Assembly (NCBI GenBank): GCA_904391375.1
Contig: CAJFMF010000009.1
Coordinates: 1-52,857, forward strand
Direction of reading: 5' to 3'
DNA from: Candidatus Gallimonas faecavium
GTDB lineage: Bacteria > Bacillota > Clostridia > Christensenellales > Borkfalkiaceae
Length of the DNA: 52,857 nucleotides
Under the pieces are notes generated by a model that searched no databases, was not told the DNA's origin, and saw nothing but the letters and a program-made list of their open reading frames with translations. Both the position numbers and the translations under genes were made by a program. This document shows, in pieces, positions 36,776-45,409 of the stretch (its first letter is position 1; each line of letters starts with the position of its first letter).

Positions 36776-36793
36776 ATTCCCTTCCCAAACAAA

Positions 36794-38734
36794 TTACTTC
36801 TTGAGCACCAAGACCGAATAGGGCGCGAGTTCCACGCTGCCCGAGAGCGTCGTCTGCGTGAGCAAGTCGGTGTACGTTCCGTCCAGCGTCAGCGAGCCGG
36901 CCTTTCCTTCCGTTTCGAGCGCGATGATGCCGTTTTCTTTCCCGCTGCGTCCGACAAGCGCAACATTTTCGCTCGCACGGGCGACGGGAGGCAGACCGAC
37001 AAGGCGCAGGAGCGCTTCTTCCGTCGGCACGCCGCCCAGGACAATGACCTTGCCCTTTCCGACTGCATACTCGGTGACGGCGGGCATTCCCTTGAACTCC
37101 CCGTTGTCATAGACGGCGAGCGCGGTCGCTCCCTTGAGTTCGTACGCCGCAAAACAGGTGTCGAGCGCAGAAACGCTTCCGTCCTGCCATTTTGCCCGAT
37201 AGACATCGTTGCCGATCGGCAGGTCATAGGTCTCGTACACGCCCGCCAGCTCTTCCAAGAAACTGTGCGGACCTTCCGTATATTTGCTCGCGTACTCCGT
37301 CATGATATCGGTCATGGGACCGACAATCCATGTTCCCCCCGCCTTCACCCACGCCGCAACGCGTGCGGGAAGGTCGTTCTCGTCCGCCGTGAACAGGAAG
37401 GGCGAGATCAGCACGTCATAGCCGTCCAGCGCGTGCGCCGTATCGATGACGTCGACGTTATGTCGGCGCAGGGGCTTATGGAACCGCTCGGCAAGGATCT
37501 CCCGATAGTTGAAACCCTGCAGCATGGGCGCATATTCCGCCTCTTTGAACACCGTCGAGGAATAGTGCAGCGCGATCTTGCTCCTGACCCCGCTGTTGCA
37601 AAGGAACGACGCGCAAGCCGAGAACTCCTTGGCGGCCCGCGTCACTTCCTCCGTGACACGGTAAGCTCTTCCCGCCGTATTATAGAGCGCGCCGTGCGCA
37701 AGCTCGTGGCCGTTGGGGTGCGCGCGGAACAGCCAGTACTCCACCGTCTCCGCCCCCTTCGCAACTGGGAGCCAGGTGTTGATGTAACAACTTCCGACGG
37801 GACGGTAGCCGCAATTTGCGAACATGCTCCCGTTCCACCCCACCTGCGTCTCCGTCACCCAGAAGGGCTTGTCAAGAACATTGCGCAGAAAGTCATAGGC
37901 AAACGCCGTGGCGGGAAGCCCCGTGTAAGGCTCGTAGTGATTGTACTGCACGACATCCAGCTTCTCGTTGAGTTCGTAATATCCGAGAAGGTTGGTCATC
38001 ATCATGTCCGTGCCGACGGGCGCATCGGTGAGCGCGTGTAAGATGTCCGCCTGCTCGTTCACATAGGATACGATATTCCGACAATGGAAGCGGATCCACT
38101 CCGTCTGAAGGGAAGGATGCTCCCAACGGCTGCGCACGGGCGGAATGACGTCGTCAAAGGACTGATATTCGAGCGACCAGCGCGCCGTCTTCCATGTTTC
38201 GTTGAGGTTTTCGGGTGTCTTGTACTTCTCTTTGAGGTATGCCCGAAATCCCCGCTTGCAGTTTTCGCAATAACACCCCTCGTTATAGGGAAAGATCTCA
38301 TTGTCGATCTGCCAGCCGATGACGCCCTTCTTCTTTCCGAATACTTCGCCGAGTTTTTGCGTGATGATGCGGTTCTTCTCCCGCATGACGGGCGACGACT
38401 TGCAGGGATGACAGCGCGAAAACACTTCGGTGCGCGTCCCGTCCGCATAGACAATGCGCGTCTCGGGGTACTTGTTGAGCAGCCAGCGGGGCGGCGTACA
38501 GGTCGGCGTACACATGATGACCTCGATCCCCGCCGCGGTCAGTTTATCTACGGCACGTTCCAGCCATCCGAGGTCAAAGACCCCCTCTTCCGGCTCCATC
38601 TTGCCCCATGCAAATTCCCCGACGCGGACGAGGTTGATCCCCGCTTCCTTCATGCGCGCGATGTCCTTTTCCACCTCGCTCTCCGGCCACACTTCCGGAT
38701 AGTAGGCGGCGCCTACCCGAATTTTGTTTTCCAT
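36794..38734 (-). CDS. Beta-galactosidase, glycoside hydrolase family 42
   Basis: 646 aa. GAAYYPEVWP..INLVRVGEFAWGKMEPEEG is a typical GH42 N-terminus, with a trimerisation/C-terminal domain. Confidence 0.93.
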   Translation of the reverse strand: MENKIRVGAAYYPEVWPESEVEKDIARMKEAGINLVRVGEFAWGKMEPEEGVFDLGWLERAVDKLTAAGIEVIMCTPTCTPPRWLLNKYPETRIVYADGTRTEVFSRCHPCKSSPVMREKNRIITQKLGEVFGKKKGVIGWQIDNEIFPYNEGCYCENCKRGFRAYLKEKYKTPENLNETWKTARWSLEYQSFDDVIPPVRSRWEHPSLQTEWIRFHCRNIVSYVNEQADILHALTDAPVGTDMMMTNLLGYYELNEKLDVVQYNHYEPYTGLPATAFAYDFLRNVLDKPFWVTETQVGWNGSMFANCGYRPVGSCYINTWLPVAKGAETVEYWLFRAHPNGHELAHGALYNTAGRAYRVTEEVTRAAKEFSACASFLCNSGVRSKIALHYSSTVFKEAEYAPMLQGFNYREILAERFHKPLRRHNVDVIDTAHALDGYDVLISPFLFTADENDLPARVAAWVKAGGTWIVGPMTDIMTEYASKYTEGPHSFLEELAGVYETYDLPIGNDVYRAKWQDGSVSALDTCFAAYELKGATALAVYDNGEFKGMPAVTEYAVGKGKVIVLGGVPTEEALLRLVGLPPVARASENVALVGRSGKENGIIALETEGKAGSLTLDGTYTDLLTQTTLSGSVELAPYSVLVLKK

Positions 38735-38775
38735 CTTTTTTCTCCTTTTTCCTTTGCCGATTTTCGGCTTTTTTC

Positions 38776-38804
38776 AGTATAACATGCACCGCATATTCTG
38801 TCAA
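38776..38804 (-). promoter_or_regulatory. Sigma-A promoter for the GH42 gene
   Basis: Minus strand: TTGACA-N17-TATACT. Confidence 0.65.
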
Positions 38805-38888
38805 TCCCCTTTTTTGTCCTCTTAAAATTCCACGCCCTTCCCTCCTTGACACAACCCATTTCGCTCTCTTCTCCTTTATCTACATCAG

Positions 38889-38978
38889 ATAAAAACAAGG
38901 AGCGCCCGTCTGCAAATTGCAGACGGGCGCTCCTTGCCGCATTTCGGGCAAAAGGCCCGGGCAAATGCCCGGGCCTTT
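38889..38978 (-). terminator. Two tandem hairpin terminators after rubrerythrin
   Basis: 38951-38978 is AAAGGCCCGGG/CCCGGGCCTTT. 38897-38935 is a perfect 18-bp stem followed on the minus strand by GTTTTTATC. Confidence 0.8.
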
Positions 38979-38984
38979 ATTCGA

Positions 38985-39509
38985 TTATTTGTTAAAATAT
39001 CTCTTGAGAAGGCCCTTGAAGCCGGCGCCGTGACGCGCTTCGTCCTTTGCCATCTCGTGCACGGTGTCGTGAACGGCGTCGTAGCCGAGCTCCTTTGCAC
39101 GCTTTGCAAGCATCAGCTTGCCTTCGCAGGCACCCGCCTCGGCCGCCGCACGCATTTCAAGGTTCTTCTTGGTGGAAGAGGTCACAACCTCGCCCAGAAG
39201 CTCTGCAAACTTGGATGCGTGCTCCGCTTCCTCGTATGCATAGCGCTTGTATGCCTCCGCGATCTCGGGATAGCCCTCACGCTCAGCCACACGCGCCATC
39301 GCAAGGTACATACCGACCTCGGTGCACTCGCCCGTGAAGTTGGCACGAAGCCCTTCCATCACTTCCTTGTCCTCGACAACGCCGTCACCGACGTGGTGCT
39401 CGCAGGCAAAGCCCTTCTCCTCAACGGGGACAAAGGTCTTGGCGTGGCAAACAGGGCATTCCATCACATCATCCGCGACGATTTCGCCGCAAACAGTACA
39501 TCTCTTCAT
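38985..39509 (-). CDS. rbr: Reverse rubrerythrin (N-terminal rubredoxin-like CxxC..CxxC plus a ferritin-like di-iron domain)
   Basis: 174 aa. CTVCG..CPVCH, then ExxH motifs (EEAEHA, DEARHG). Confidence 0.9.
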   Translation of the reverse strand: MKRCTVCGEIVADDVMECPVCHAKTFVPVEEKGFACEHHVGDGVVEDKEVMEGLRANFTGECTEVGMYLAMARVAEREGYPEIAEAYKRYAYEEAEHASKFAELLGEVVTSSTKKNLEMRAAAEAGACEGKLMLAKRAKELGYDAVHDTVHEMAKDEARHGAGFKGLLKRYFNK

Positions 39510-39544
39510 AATTCACAATCTCCTTTCAGATTTTCTGTATCTGT

Positions 39545-39573
39545 ATTATACCACAAATAAGACTGAATATCAA
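39545..39573 (-). promoter_or_regulatory. Sigma-A promoter for rubrerythrin
   Basis: Minus strand: TTGATA-N17-TATAAT with an upstream TGG. Confidence 0.65.
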
Positions 39574-39579
39574 TAGTTT

Positions 39580-40230
39580 TCAGCAAAGTTTTTCAAGAAT
39601 TTTTTGGAGCGCGAGGAAAGAGTCGGCAAAGACGGTCGCGCCGGCCCCTTCGAGCTGGCCGCGGGTGCGGTAGCCCCACAGAACGGAGATGCCGTACATG
39701 CCTGCATTCTGGGCGACGCGGGCGTCCGGTTCGCCGTCGCCGACGAAAGCGCACTCGGCGGGCGAAAGGTGCAGGCGGAGCGCGGCGTAGCGCGCGAGCG
39801 ACGGATCGGGCTTGCAGGGAAACATGCCCGTATCGCCGCCGACGAAGTCAAACGTCCCCGCGGGGAAAAACTTTTTGAGAACGGCGTCCGCGGCGTCCTG
39901 CGGCTTGTTGGTGATGACGGCGAGTCTGAATCCGCGGGCCTTGAGCGCGCAAAGGACGGTGAGCTCGTCGGGATAGAGATGGGTGCGTTCGGACGAATCG
40001 GCGGCAAAACGGGCATGGAAGTCCGCAAAGACCGCCTCGAGGTCGGGACAGTGCGCAGGGAGGGCGCGTTCGACGAGCAATTTTGCCCCGTCGCCGACAT
40101 ACGCCTGCGTGTGCGCCTCATCAATGGTCGGATAGCCGAATTTTTCCAGCGAGGCATTGATGCACGCATGGATGTCGGGAATGGTGTTGAGCAACGTGCC
40201 GTCCAGATCGAAAAAGACTGCTTTTATCAT
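39580..40230 (-). CDS. HAD-superfamily hydrolase (phosphoglycolate phosphatase-like)
   Basis: 216 aa from MIKAVFFDLDGTLLNT (HAD motif I), with later motifs ITNK and GDGxxD. Confidence 0.88.
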   Translation of the reverse strand: MIKAVFFDLDGTLLNTIPDIHACINASLEKFGYPTIDEAHTQAYVGDGAKLLVERALPAHCPDLEAVFADFHARFAADSSERTHLYPDELTVLCALKARGFRLAVITNKPQDAADAVLKKFFPAGTFDFVGGDTGMFPCKPDPSLARYAALRLHLSPAECAFVGDGEPDARVAQNAGMYGISVLWGYRTRGQLEGAGATVFADSFLALQKILEKLC

Positions 40231-40379
40231 ATTGTCCTCTCTGTAAGGGGCGATCCCGCCGCTTACAAATCCTTTTGCGGGGATTGTAATGACACGAGGC
40301 GTCACCGCGTCATGTCTTTTCTCCCCCTATTTGCACATCTCTGCGCTTACGGGGAAAAGGAAACCTGACGCGAGCCTTC

Positions 40380-42068
40380 TCACATCTTCTCCGGCACGCC
40401 GATGCCGAGGAGGGTCAGACCGTTTTTGAGCGTCGTGAGCGTCGCCTGCGTGAGGGCAAGGCGGAAGGCACGCACGTCCCCTTCGGCCTGCATGATCTTG
40501 CATTCGAGGTAGAATTTGTTGAAGAGCTTTGCCGCATCCAGCAAAAAGCGGGAAATGACGGAGGGCTCATATTTTTCCGCCGCCTGCACGACGGTCTCGG
40601 GGAAGACGGCGAGCTGTTTGAGCAGTTTCGCCTCGGCGTCGCAGGGCGTGAGATCGGGAATCGCGCCGAATTGCACGCCTTCCGCCTCCGCCTTGGCGAG
40701 CACGGACGCCGCGCGGGCGCAGGTGTACTGCAGATAGACGCTCGTCTCGCCGTCGAAGTTGAGCGCGCGGTCATAGGAGAAGGTGATGTCCTTGATCTTG
40801 TTGTTGCACAGCGCGCCGAAGGCGACCGCTCCGACGCCGACGAGTTCGGCGACCGCGTCCTTGTTTTCGAGGGCGGGGTTCTTTTCTTCCAGCACCGTGC
40901 GCGCCTTTTCCACGCAGCGGCTGATGACGTCCTCCAGCCAGACGACCTTCCCCTTGCGGGTGGACATGGCGCCGTCCTCGAGGGAGACCATGCCGTAGGC
41001 GACGTGGACCATGTCCTTTGCCCAGTCCTTGCCCATGAGTTCGAGCACCTTGAAGAGCTGCCTGAAGTGCAGGTTCTGCTGATAGGCGACGACATAGAGA
41101 CACTTATAGAAATGATAGGTGTCGTGGCGGTAAATGGCGGCGGCGAGGTCGCGGGTGATGTAGAGCGACGCGCCGTCCGAACGCAGGATGAGCGCAGGCG
41201 GCATTCCGTAGGGTTCGAGATCGACGATCTGGGCGCCTTCACTCTCCTTGAGAAGGCCCTTTTGGCGCAATTCCTCGACAACGGGTGCCATTTTATCGGT
41301 ATAGAAGCGCTCGCCCGCATAGCTGTCGAAGGTAATGTGCAGGCGGTCGTAGATGGTCTTGACGTAGGCGAGGGTCAGCGACTTGAACCAGTCGAACAGC
41401 TCGTTCGCCTCTTTGTCCCCGCTCTCGATGAGACGGAAATATTCGCGCGCCTGCGCCTCCATCTGCTCGTCCGCCTCGTTGTTGAAACGGACATAGAGGT
41501 CGTTGACGGCATGAATGCCGCCCTTTTCCACTTCCTCGCGGTTGCCCCATTTTTTATAGGCGGCAATGAGCTTTCCGAACTGCGTGCCGTAATCGCCGAG
41601 GTGGTTGATCCCCACTGCCTTAAAGCCGAGAAAGTTGAAAATGCGATAGAGCGCGCCGCCGATGACGGTGGTCGAGAGATGCCCGATATGAAAGGGCTTT
41701 GCGATATTGACGGAGGAATAGTCGATGCAGACCACGCGGCCCTTGCCCAGATCCGACGCGCCGTAGCGCTCCCCTTCCTGCAGGATGCGCGCGAGGACGT
41801 CTTTGGCGAGGCCCGCCTTGTTCACCTTGAAGTTGAGATAGCCGTTGAGCGCAGACACCTGCGCGATGACGTCGTCCGCGGGAATGGAGGCGGCAAGCTC
41901 CTGCGCGATGGCGACGGGGCTCTTTCTGAGCGCCTTTGCGAATCGGAAACACGGGAGCGCAAAATCCCCCATCGCGGGATCGGGCGGCACGTTCATGAGC
42001 GTGGCGATCTCCTGCGCGCTCACGCCCTCCACCTTGATTTTTTCTGCAATATACTGTCTGTAATCCAT
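40380..42068 (-). CDS. argS: Arginine--tRNA ligase
   Basis: 562 aa. Class I aaRS with HIGH-like PFHIGHL, MSTRKG (KMSKS-like) and a DALR anticodon-binding domain. Confidence 0.96.
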   Translation of the reverse strand: MDYRQYIAEKIKVEGVSAQEIATLMNVPPDPAMGDFALPCFRFAKALRKSPVAIAQELAASIPADDVIAQVSALNGYLNFKVNKAGLAKDVLARILQEGERYGASDLGKGRVVCIDYSSVNIAKPFHIGHLSTTVIGGALYRIFNFLGFKAVGINHLGDYGTQFGKLIAAYKKWGNREEVEKGGIHAVNDLYVRFNNEADEQMEAQAREYFRLIESGDKEANELFDWFKSLTLAYVKTIYDRLHITFDSYAGERFYTDKMAPVVEELRQKGLLKESEGAQIVDLEPYGMPPALILRSDGASLYITRDLAAAIYRHDTYHFYKCLYVVAYQQNLHFRQLFKVLELMGKDWAKDMVHVAYGMVSLEDGAMSTRKGKVVWLEDVISRCVEKARTVLEEKNPALENKDAVAELVGVGAVAFGALCNNKIKDITFSYDRALNFDGETSVYLQYTCARAASVLAKAEAEGVQFGAIPDLTPCDAEAKLLKQLAVFPETVVQAAEKYEPSVISRFLLDAAKLFNKFYLECKIMQAEGDVRAFRLALTQATLTTLKNGLTLLGIGVPEKM

Positions 42069-42095
42069 AGCCGAACCTGTCTCTTTTTTGCGTTC

Positions 42096-42124
42096 ATTTT
42101 ACCACATTTTTTTTCAAATGGCAA
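42096..42124 (-). promoter_or_regulatory. Sigma-A promoter for argS
   Basis: Minus strand: TTGCCA-N17-TAAAAT with an extended TGG. The leader is only ~25 nt, so there is no T-box. Confidence 0.6.
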
Positions 42125-42133
42125 ACGAAAGAT

Positions 42134-42162
42134 TTGCGCGAACGAAAGAAATACGATATAAT
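42134..42162 (+). promoter_or_regulatory. Sigma-A promoter for ychF
   Basis: TTGCGC-N17-TATAAT. Confidence 0.5.
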
Positions 42163-42243
42163 AGAGCAAAGATATTTTTCCCTTTGCGCGCGACAGAAGA
42201 CAAAAGAAGATGTGCGCATAAGGACATACGGGAAGGAGCTATT

Positions 42244-43344
42244 ATGAAACTCGGCGTCGTAGGACTGCCCAATGTAGGAAAATCCACTCTCTTCAACGCC
42301 ATCACGCACGCAGGTGCGGATGCCGCAAACTATCCCTTCTGCACCATCGAACCAAACGTGGGCGTGGTCGCCGTGCCCGACGAGCGGCTGGACAAGCTCG
42401 CCGCCCTCTACAACAGCAAAAAGGTCACCCCCGCCGTCATCGAATTTGTCGACATCGCGGGCCTCGTCAAGGGCGCGAGCCACGGCGAGGGCCTCGGCAA
42501 TAAATTCCTCTCGCACATCCGCGAAGTGGACGCCATCATCCACGTCGTGCGCTGTTTCGAGGACGAAAACGTCACCCACGTCGAAAACACCGTCGATCCC
42601 GTGCGCGACATCGAGACCATCAATTTGGAGCTCATTCTCGCCGACATCGAGGCGGTGCAGAAGCGCATCGACCGCATCAAGAACGCCGCGCGCGGCGGCG
42701 CGGACAAGAACGCGGCGACGGAGTTTGCCTTCCTGCAAAAGCTGATGACGCACCTCGAGGCGGAAAAACCCGCCAATTCTCTGCCCGTCACCGAGGAAGA
42801 GAAAGAGATGCTCGACAACGTGTTCCTGCTCTCGGCAAAGCCCGTCATCTACTGCGCCAACATCTCGGAAAAGGACATGGGCGCGGGCGAAGAGGACATC
42901 CCGCTCGTGCGGCAGGTCAAAGAGTATGCGGCAAAGCACGGCGCGGAGACCATCGTCGTGTGCGCCAAGACGGAGGAGGAACTCTCGCAGATGCCCCCCG
43001 AAGAACAGGCCGTCTTCCTGGAGGACTTCGGACTCAAAGAGAGCGGACTCTCCAAGCTCATCAAGGCCTCCTATTCGCTCCTGGGACTCATCTCCTACCT
43101 GACCGCGGGCGAAAAAGAGACGCGCGCCTGGACGATCGTCAAAGGTACCAAGGCCCCGCAGGCGGCAGGCAAGATCCACTCCGACTTTGAAAAGGGATTC
43201 ATCCGCGCGGAAGTCGTCGACTGGCAGACCCTGCTGGAATGCGGCGGACTCAACGGCGCCCGCGAAAAGGGCAAGGTGCGCTCGGAGGGAAAGGACTACG
43301 TCATGAAGGACGGCGACGTCGTCCTCTTCCGCTTCAACGTCTGA
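42244..43344 (+). CDS. ychF: Ribosome-binding ATPase YchF
   Basis: 366 aa from [19 protein letters not shown], with a TGS/C-terminal domain. SD GGAAGGAG. The upstream extension in the track ORF is rejected. Confidence 0.96.
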   Translation: MKLGVVGLPNVGKSTLFNAITHAGADAANYPFCTIEPNVGVVAVPDERLDKLAALYNSKKVTPAVIEFVDIAGLVKGASHGEGLGNKFLSHIREVDAIIHVVRCFEDENVTHVENTVDPVRDIETINLELILADIEAVQKRIDRIKNAARGGADKNAATEFAFLQKLMTHLEAEKPANSLPVTEEEKEMLDNVFLLSAKPVIYCANISEKDMGAGEEDIPLVRQVKEYAAKHGAETIVVCAKTEEELSQMPPEEQAVFLEDFGLKESGLSKLIKASYSLLGLISYLTAGEKETRAWTIVKGTKAPQAAGKIHSDFEKGFIRAEVVDWQTLLECGGLNGAREKGKVRSEGKDYVMKDGDVVLFRFNV

Positions 43345-43444
43345 TCAGAGTCCCCCGCCCCCTTTTACGAGAGAGGCACGGCAAACACGCCGCCCGATCG
43401 GAATAAATTATAAAAAACCCGCTTTTTGCGTTAAAAGACAAGAC

Positions 43445-43480
43445 AGGGCGGCTCCGCGCATTGCGCGGAGCCGCCCTTTT
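43445..43480. terminator. Bidirectional terminator between ychF and the Wzz-like gene
   Basis: AGGGCGGCTCCGCGCA-tt-GCGCGGAGCCGCCCT followed by TTTCATT. Confidence 0.75.
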
Positions 43481-43537
43481 CATTGACGCCGAGCCCCGAC
43501 TTAAGACGGGCTTTCCCACGGCTCGGCGTTGTATTTT

Positions 43538-44266
43538 TCAAGGTCGGGCGTCCGAGGCAGGCGGGACGCCGTTTCGCTCCGAAAGCCGCTTTTTGCGTTC
43601 GGCGGAGGATTCCGCGATGCAGACAAACAGGGCGATCACGAAAAAGGTCATTAAAAATCCGACGATGGCCGCCAGGACGGGACTGCGGCCGTTCTCCGCA
43701 ACGGAGACCGTGTTCTGGCGATAGAGGATCTGCGCACCCGCCGTGTAGGTCACCGCGCAGTCGGCCGTCTTGTTCCAAAAGAACGCGCCGCGCGGGAAAA
43801 AGGGAAGCGGGCAGGGACGGGCCGCGGAACGCTCCTGCGCCACAAGGGAGACGGCGCGCTCCACGACGGCGCGCAAAAAAGAGGTCGCCTGTCCGCGGTC
43901 GCTGAAATACTTGCGCTTTACCGTGACCGTATAGGACGGAAATTCCCCCTCTTCTCCCGTGCGCGTGATGCGGATATCCTCATTGGCCGCCATGCGCTCG
44001 GTATCGATGGCGGAAAACGCGCCGTCCGACGCCTTGGCGCTCTCCAGATTGTCGGCAAAGACGAGCGTCTCGTAACGGAAGGGCGTGTCCGCCTGCTGAA
44101 ATTCCACCACGAACGTGAGAAAATATTCCTCCCGCGCCCGATTGTAGACGAGCGACGTGAACAGCGCCGCCGCAATCGCAACGAGCACGGACGCCGTCAG
44201 AATCCACACAATCCGACGTCGGATCAAACGGACGATCTCGCCCGCGGTAATGCCATTCTCTTCCAT
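43538..44266 (-). CDS. Wzz/chain-length-determinant-like bitopic membrane protein
   Basis: ~242 aa from MEENGITAGEIVRLIRRRIVWIL. N- and C-terminal TM helices flank a ~170-aa external domain. Similarity is judged by architecture and the N-terminal motif only. Confidence 0.5.
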   Translation of the reverse strand: MEENGITAGEIVRLIRRRIVWILTASVLVAIAAALFTSLVYNRAREEYFLTFVVEFQQADTPFRYETLVFADNLESAKASDGAFSAIDTERMAANEDIRITRTGEEGEFPSYTVTVKRKYFSDRGQATSFLRAVVERAVSLVAQERSAARPCPLPFFPRGAFFWNKTADCAVTYTAGAQILYRQNTVSVAENGRSPVLAAIVGFLMTFFVIALFVCIAESSAERKKRLSERNGVPPASDARP

Positions 44267-44449
44267 ATGTAACCGCATTTCCGCCGCGCGCACCTTTCGG
44301 CGCGGCATCCATGCGGCATTGCGGCAAACAAGCGGCATCCGAACGAGACGGCGTGCGCCTTTGCGCCCGCAGAACATAACGGCAGACCGCGCCGCATGAT
44401 CACGGCAGACGACTCGCCGCCGCGGAATGCCATGTAACGGCGGGAGCGT

Positions 44450-44488
44450 ACGCTGTGCGCCGCTGCATTCGGCAGCGGCGCACAGCGT
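44450..44488 (-). terminator. Perfect 17-bp hairpin immediately after the 42-codon ORF (no U-tract)
   Basis: ACGCTGTGCGCCGCTGC-attcg-GCAGCGGCGCACAGCGT. Confidence 0.45.
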
Positions 44489-44489
44489 C

Positions 44490-44618
44490 TCAGCTGCTCC
44501 CCGTGGAGACGACGTCCTCTTCTTCTTCGGCGCCCGGCCGAATCATGCAGAAAGACGGATTGTGCGCATACGTCTGCGCCGTTTTGGTTACGTTTTCGTT
44601 TTTTCTTTGCTCTTTCAT
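44490..44618 (-). CDS. Possible 42-aa micro-protein
   Basis: MKEQRKNENVTKTAQTYAHNPSFCMIRPGAEEEEDVVSTGSS. SD AGGAG at a 6-nt spacer, partly inside an 8-bp hairpin (44627-44647). Confidence 0.25.
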   Translation of the reverse strand: MKEQRKNENVTKTAQTYAHNPSFCMIRPGAEEEEDVVSTGSS

Positions 44619-44657
44619 GGCTTGCTCCTGCGCACAGTATGCGCAGGAATGCGCCCC

Positions 44658-44819
44658 TTATTCCCCGCGCCCGTCTTCCTTTTTGTTCGTGCGCGGCGAA
44701 CGCTTCTTCTGCGGTTCCCCCGTCATCTCCCCGATCGCCTCCCGCTCCCGCGCAAGGCGGTCTTTTTCCCGTCTTTGCGCGTCGCGGTCGACGCGGTCGG
44801 ACGTCTGTTTCCCCTTCAT
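44658..44819 (-). CDS. Possible 53-aa highly charged micro-protein
   Basis: MKGKQTSDRVDRDAQRREKDRLAREREAIGEMTGEPQKKRSPRTNKKEDGRGE. SD AAGGGGG at a 6-nt spacer, with a dedicated promoter upstream. Confidence 0.3.
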   Translation of the reverse strand: MKGKQTSDRVDRDAQRREKDRLAREREAIGEMTGEPQKKRSPRTNKKEDGRGE

Positions 44820-44851
44820 GCCGATACCCCCTTATTTTATCCTATATTGTG

Positions 44852-44880
44852 AGTATAGCATGCTTTCCAAAGGCTGTCAA
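44852..44880 (-). promoter_or_regulatory. Consensus sigma-A promoter for the micro-ORF unit
   Basis: Minus strand: TTGACA-N17-TATACT, directly after the Coat-F-like stop codon. Confidence 0.65.
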
Positions 44881-44886
44881 GAGCGT

Positions 44887-45174
44887 TCAGCCAAGTTGCT
44901 TTTTGACTTTGGAGAAGAGCTCGGTCTTTTCGTCGATCATCATTTTTTCGGCGGGCTGAACTTCATAATACCCGCGCTGCAGCATCTGCTCGAACACGGC
45001 AAACTGCGTATCGGCGTGTTCGGAGTACAGCTTCATGATCTGTCGGCGCAGCGGGCGGCAACTGCCCTCCGTCAGGGCGGTCGCGTAGTAGTTCATGAGC
45101 AGTTTCTCGGCGTCCAGCAGATCCTGCAGAGCGTCCTTTTCGCAGAGCGTCGTATCTTGTTTCGATAATTTCAT
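44887..45174 (-). CDS. Coat F domain (spore coat protein F-like) protein
   Basis: 95 aa. The C-terminal part of track ORF 44887..45774. DALQDLLDAEKLLMNYYATALTEGS..LRRQ is typical of Coat_F. Confidence 0.7.
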   Translation of the reverse strand: MKLSKQDTTLCEKDALQDLLDAEKLLMNYYATALTEGSCRPLRRQIMKLYSEHADTQFAVFEQMLQRGYYEVQPAEKMMIDEKTELFSKVKKQLG

Positions 45175-45365
45175 GCTTTTCCTCCCAAAATCGCATAGAG
45201 CGCGGCAAACCGCTCGGAATGCGCGCGCGCAAAGTTTTCCATCTCCTGCGCGAGCGAGGCGTCCGTCAGCGTGTTCGCATAGATCCGCGCCTTTTTGCAG
45301 GCCATCTCTTCGCCGGTCAGAAGGTGGGTCAGGACATCCAGATCCTTTGCCGTCAGATTGTTCAT
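45171..45365 (-). CDS. Small helical protein co-transcribed with the Coat-F-like gene
   Basis: 64 aa, MNNLTAKDLDVLTHLLTGEEMACKKARIYA... ATGA overlap with the downstream gene. Confidence 0.5.
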   Translation of the reverse strand: MNNLTAKDLDVLTHLLTGEEMACKKARIYANTLTDASLAQEMENFARAHSERFAALYAILGGKA

Positions 45366-45409
45366 AAAAAAATCCTCCTTGCATCCAGTTTGGATGAAGG
45401 AGGGCCGTA

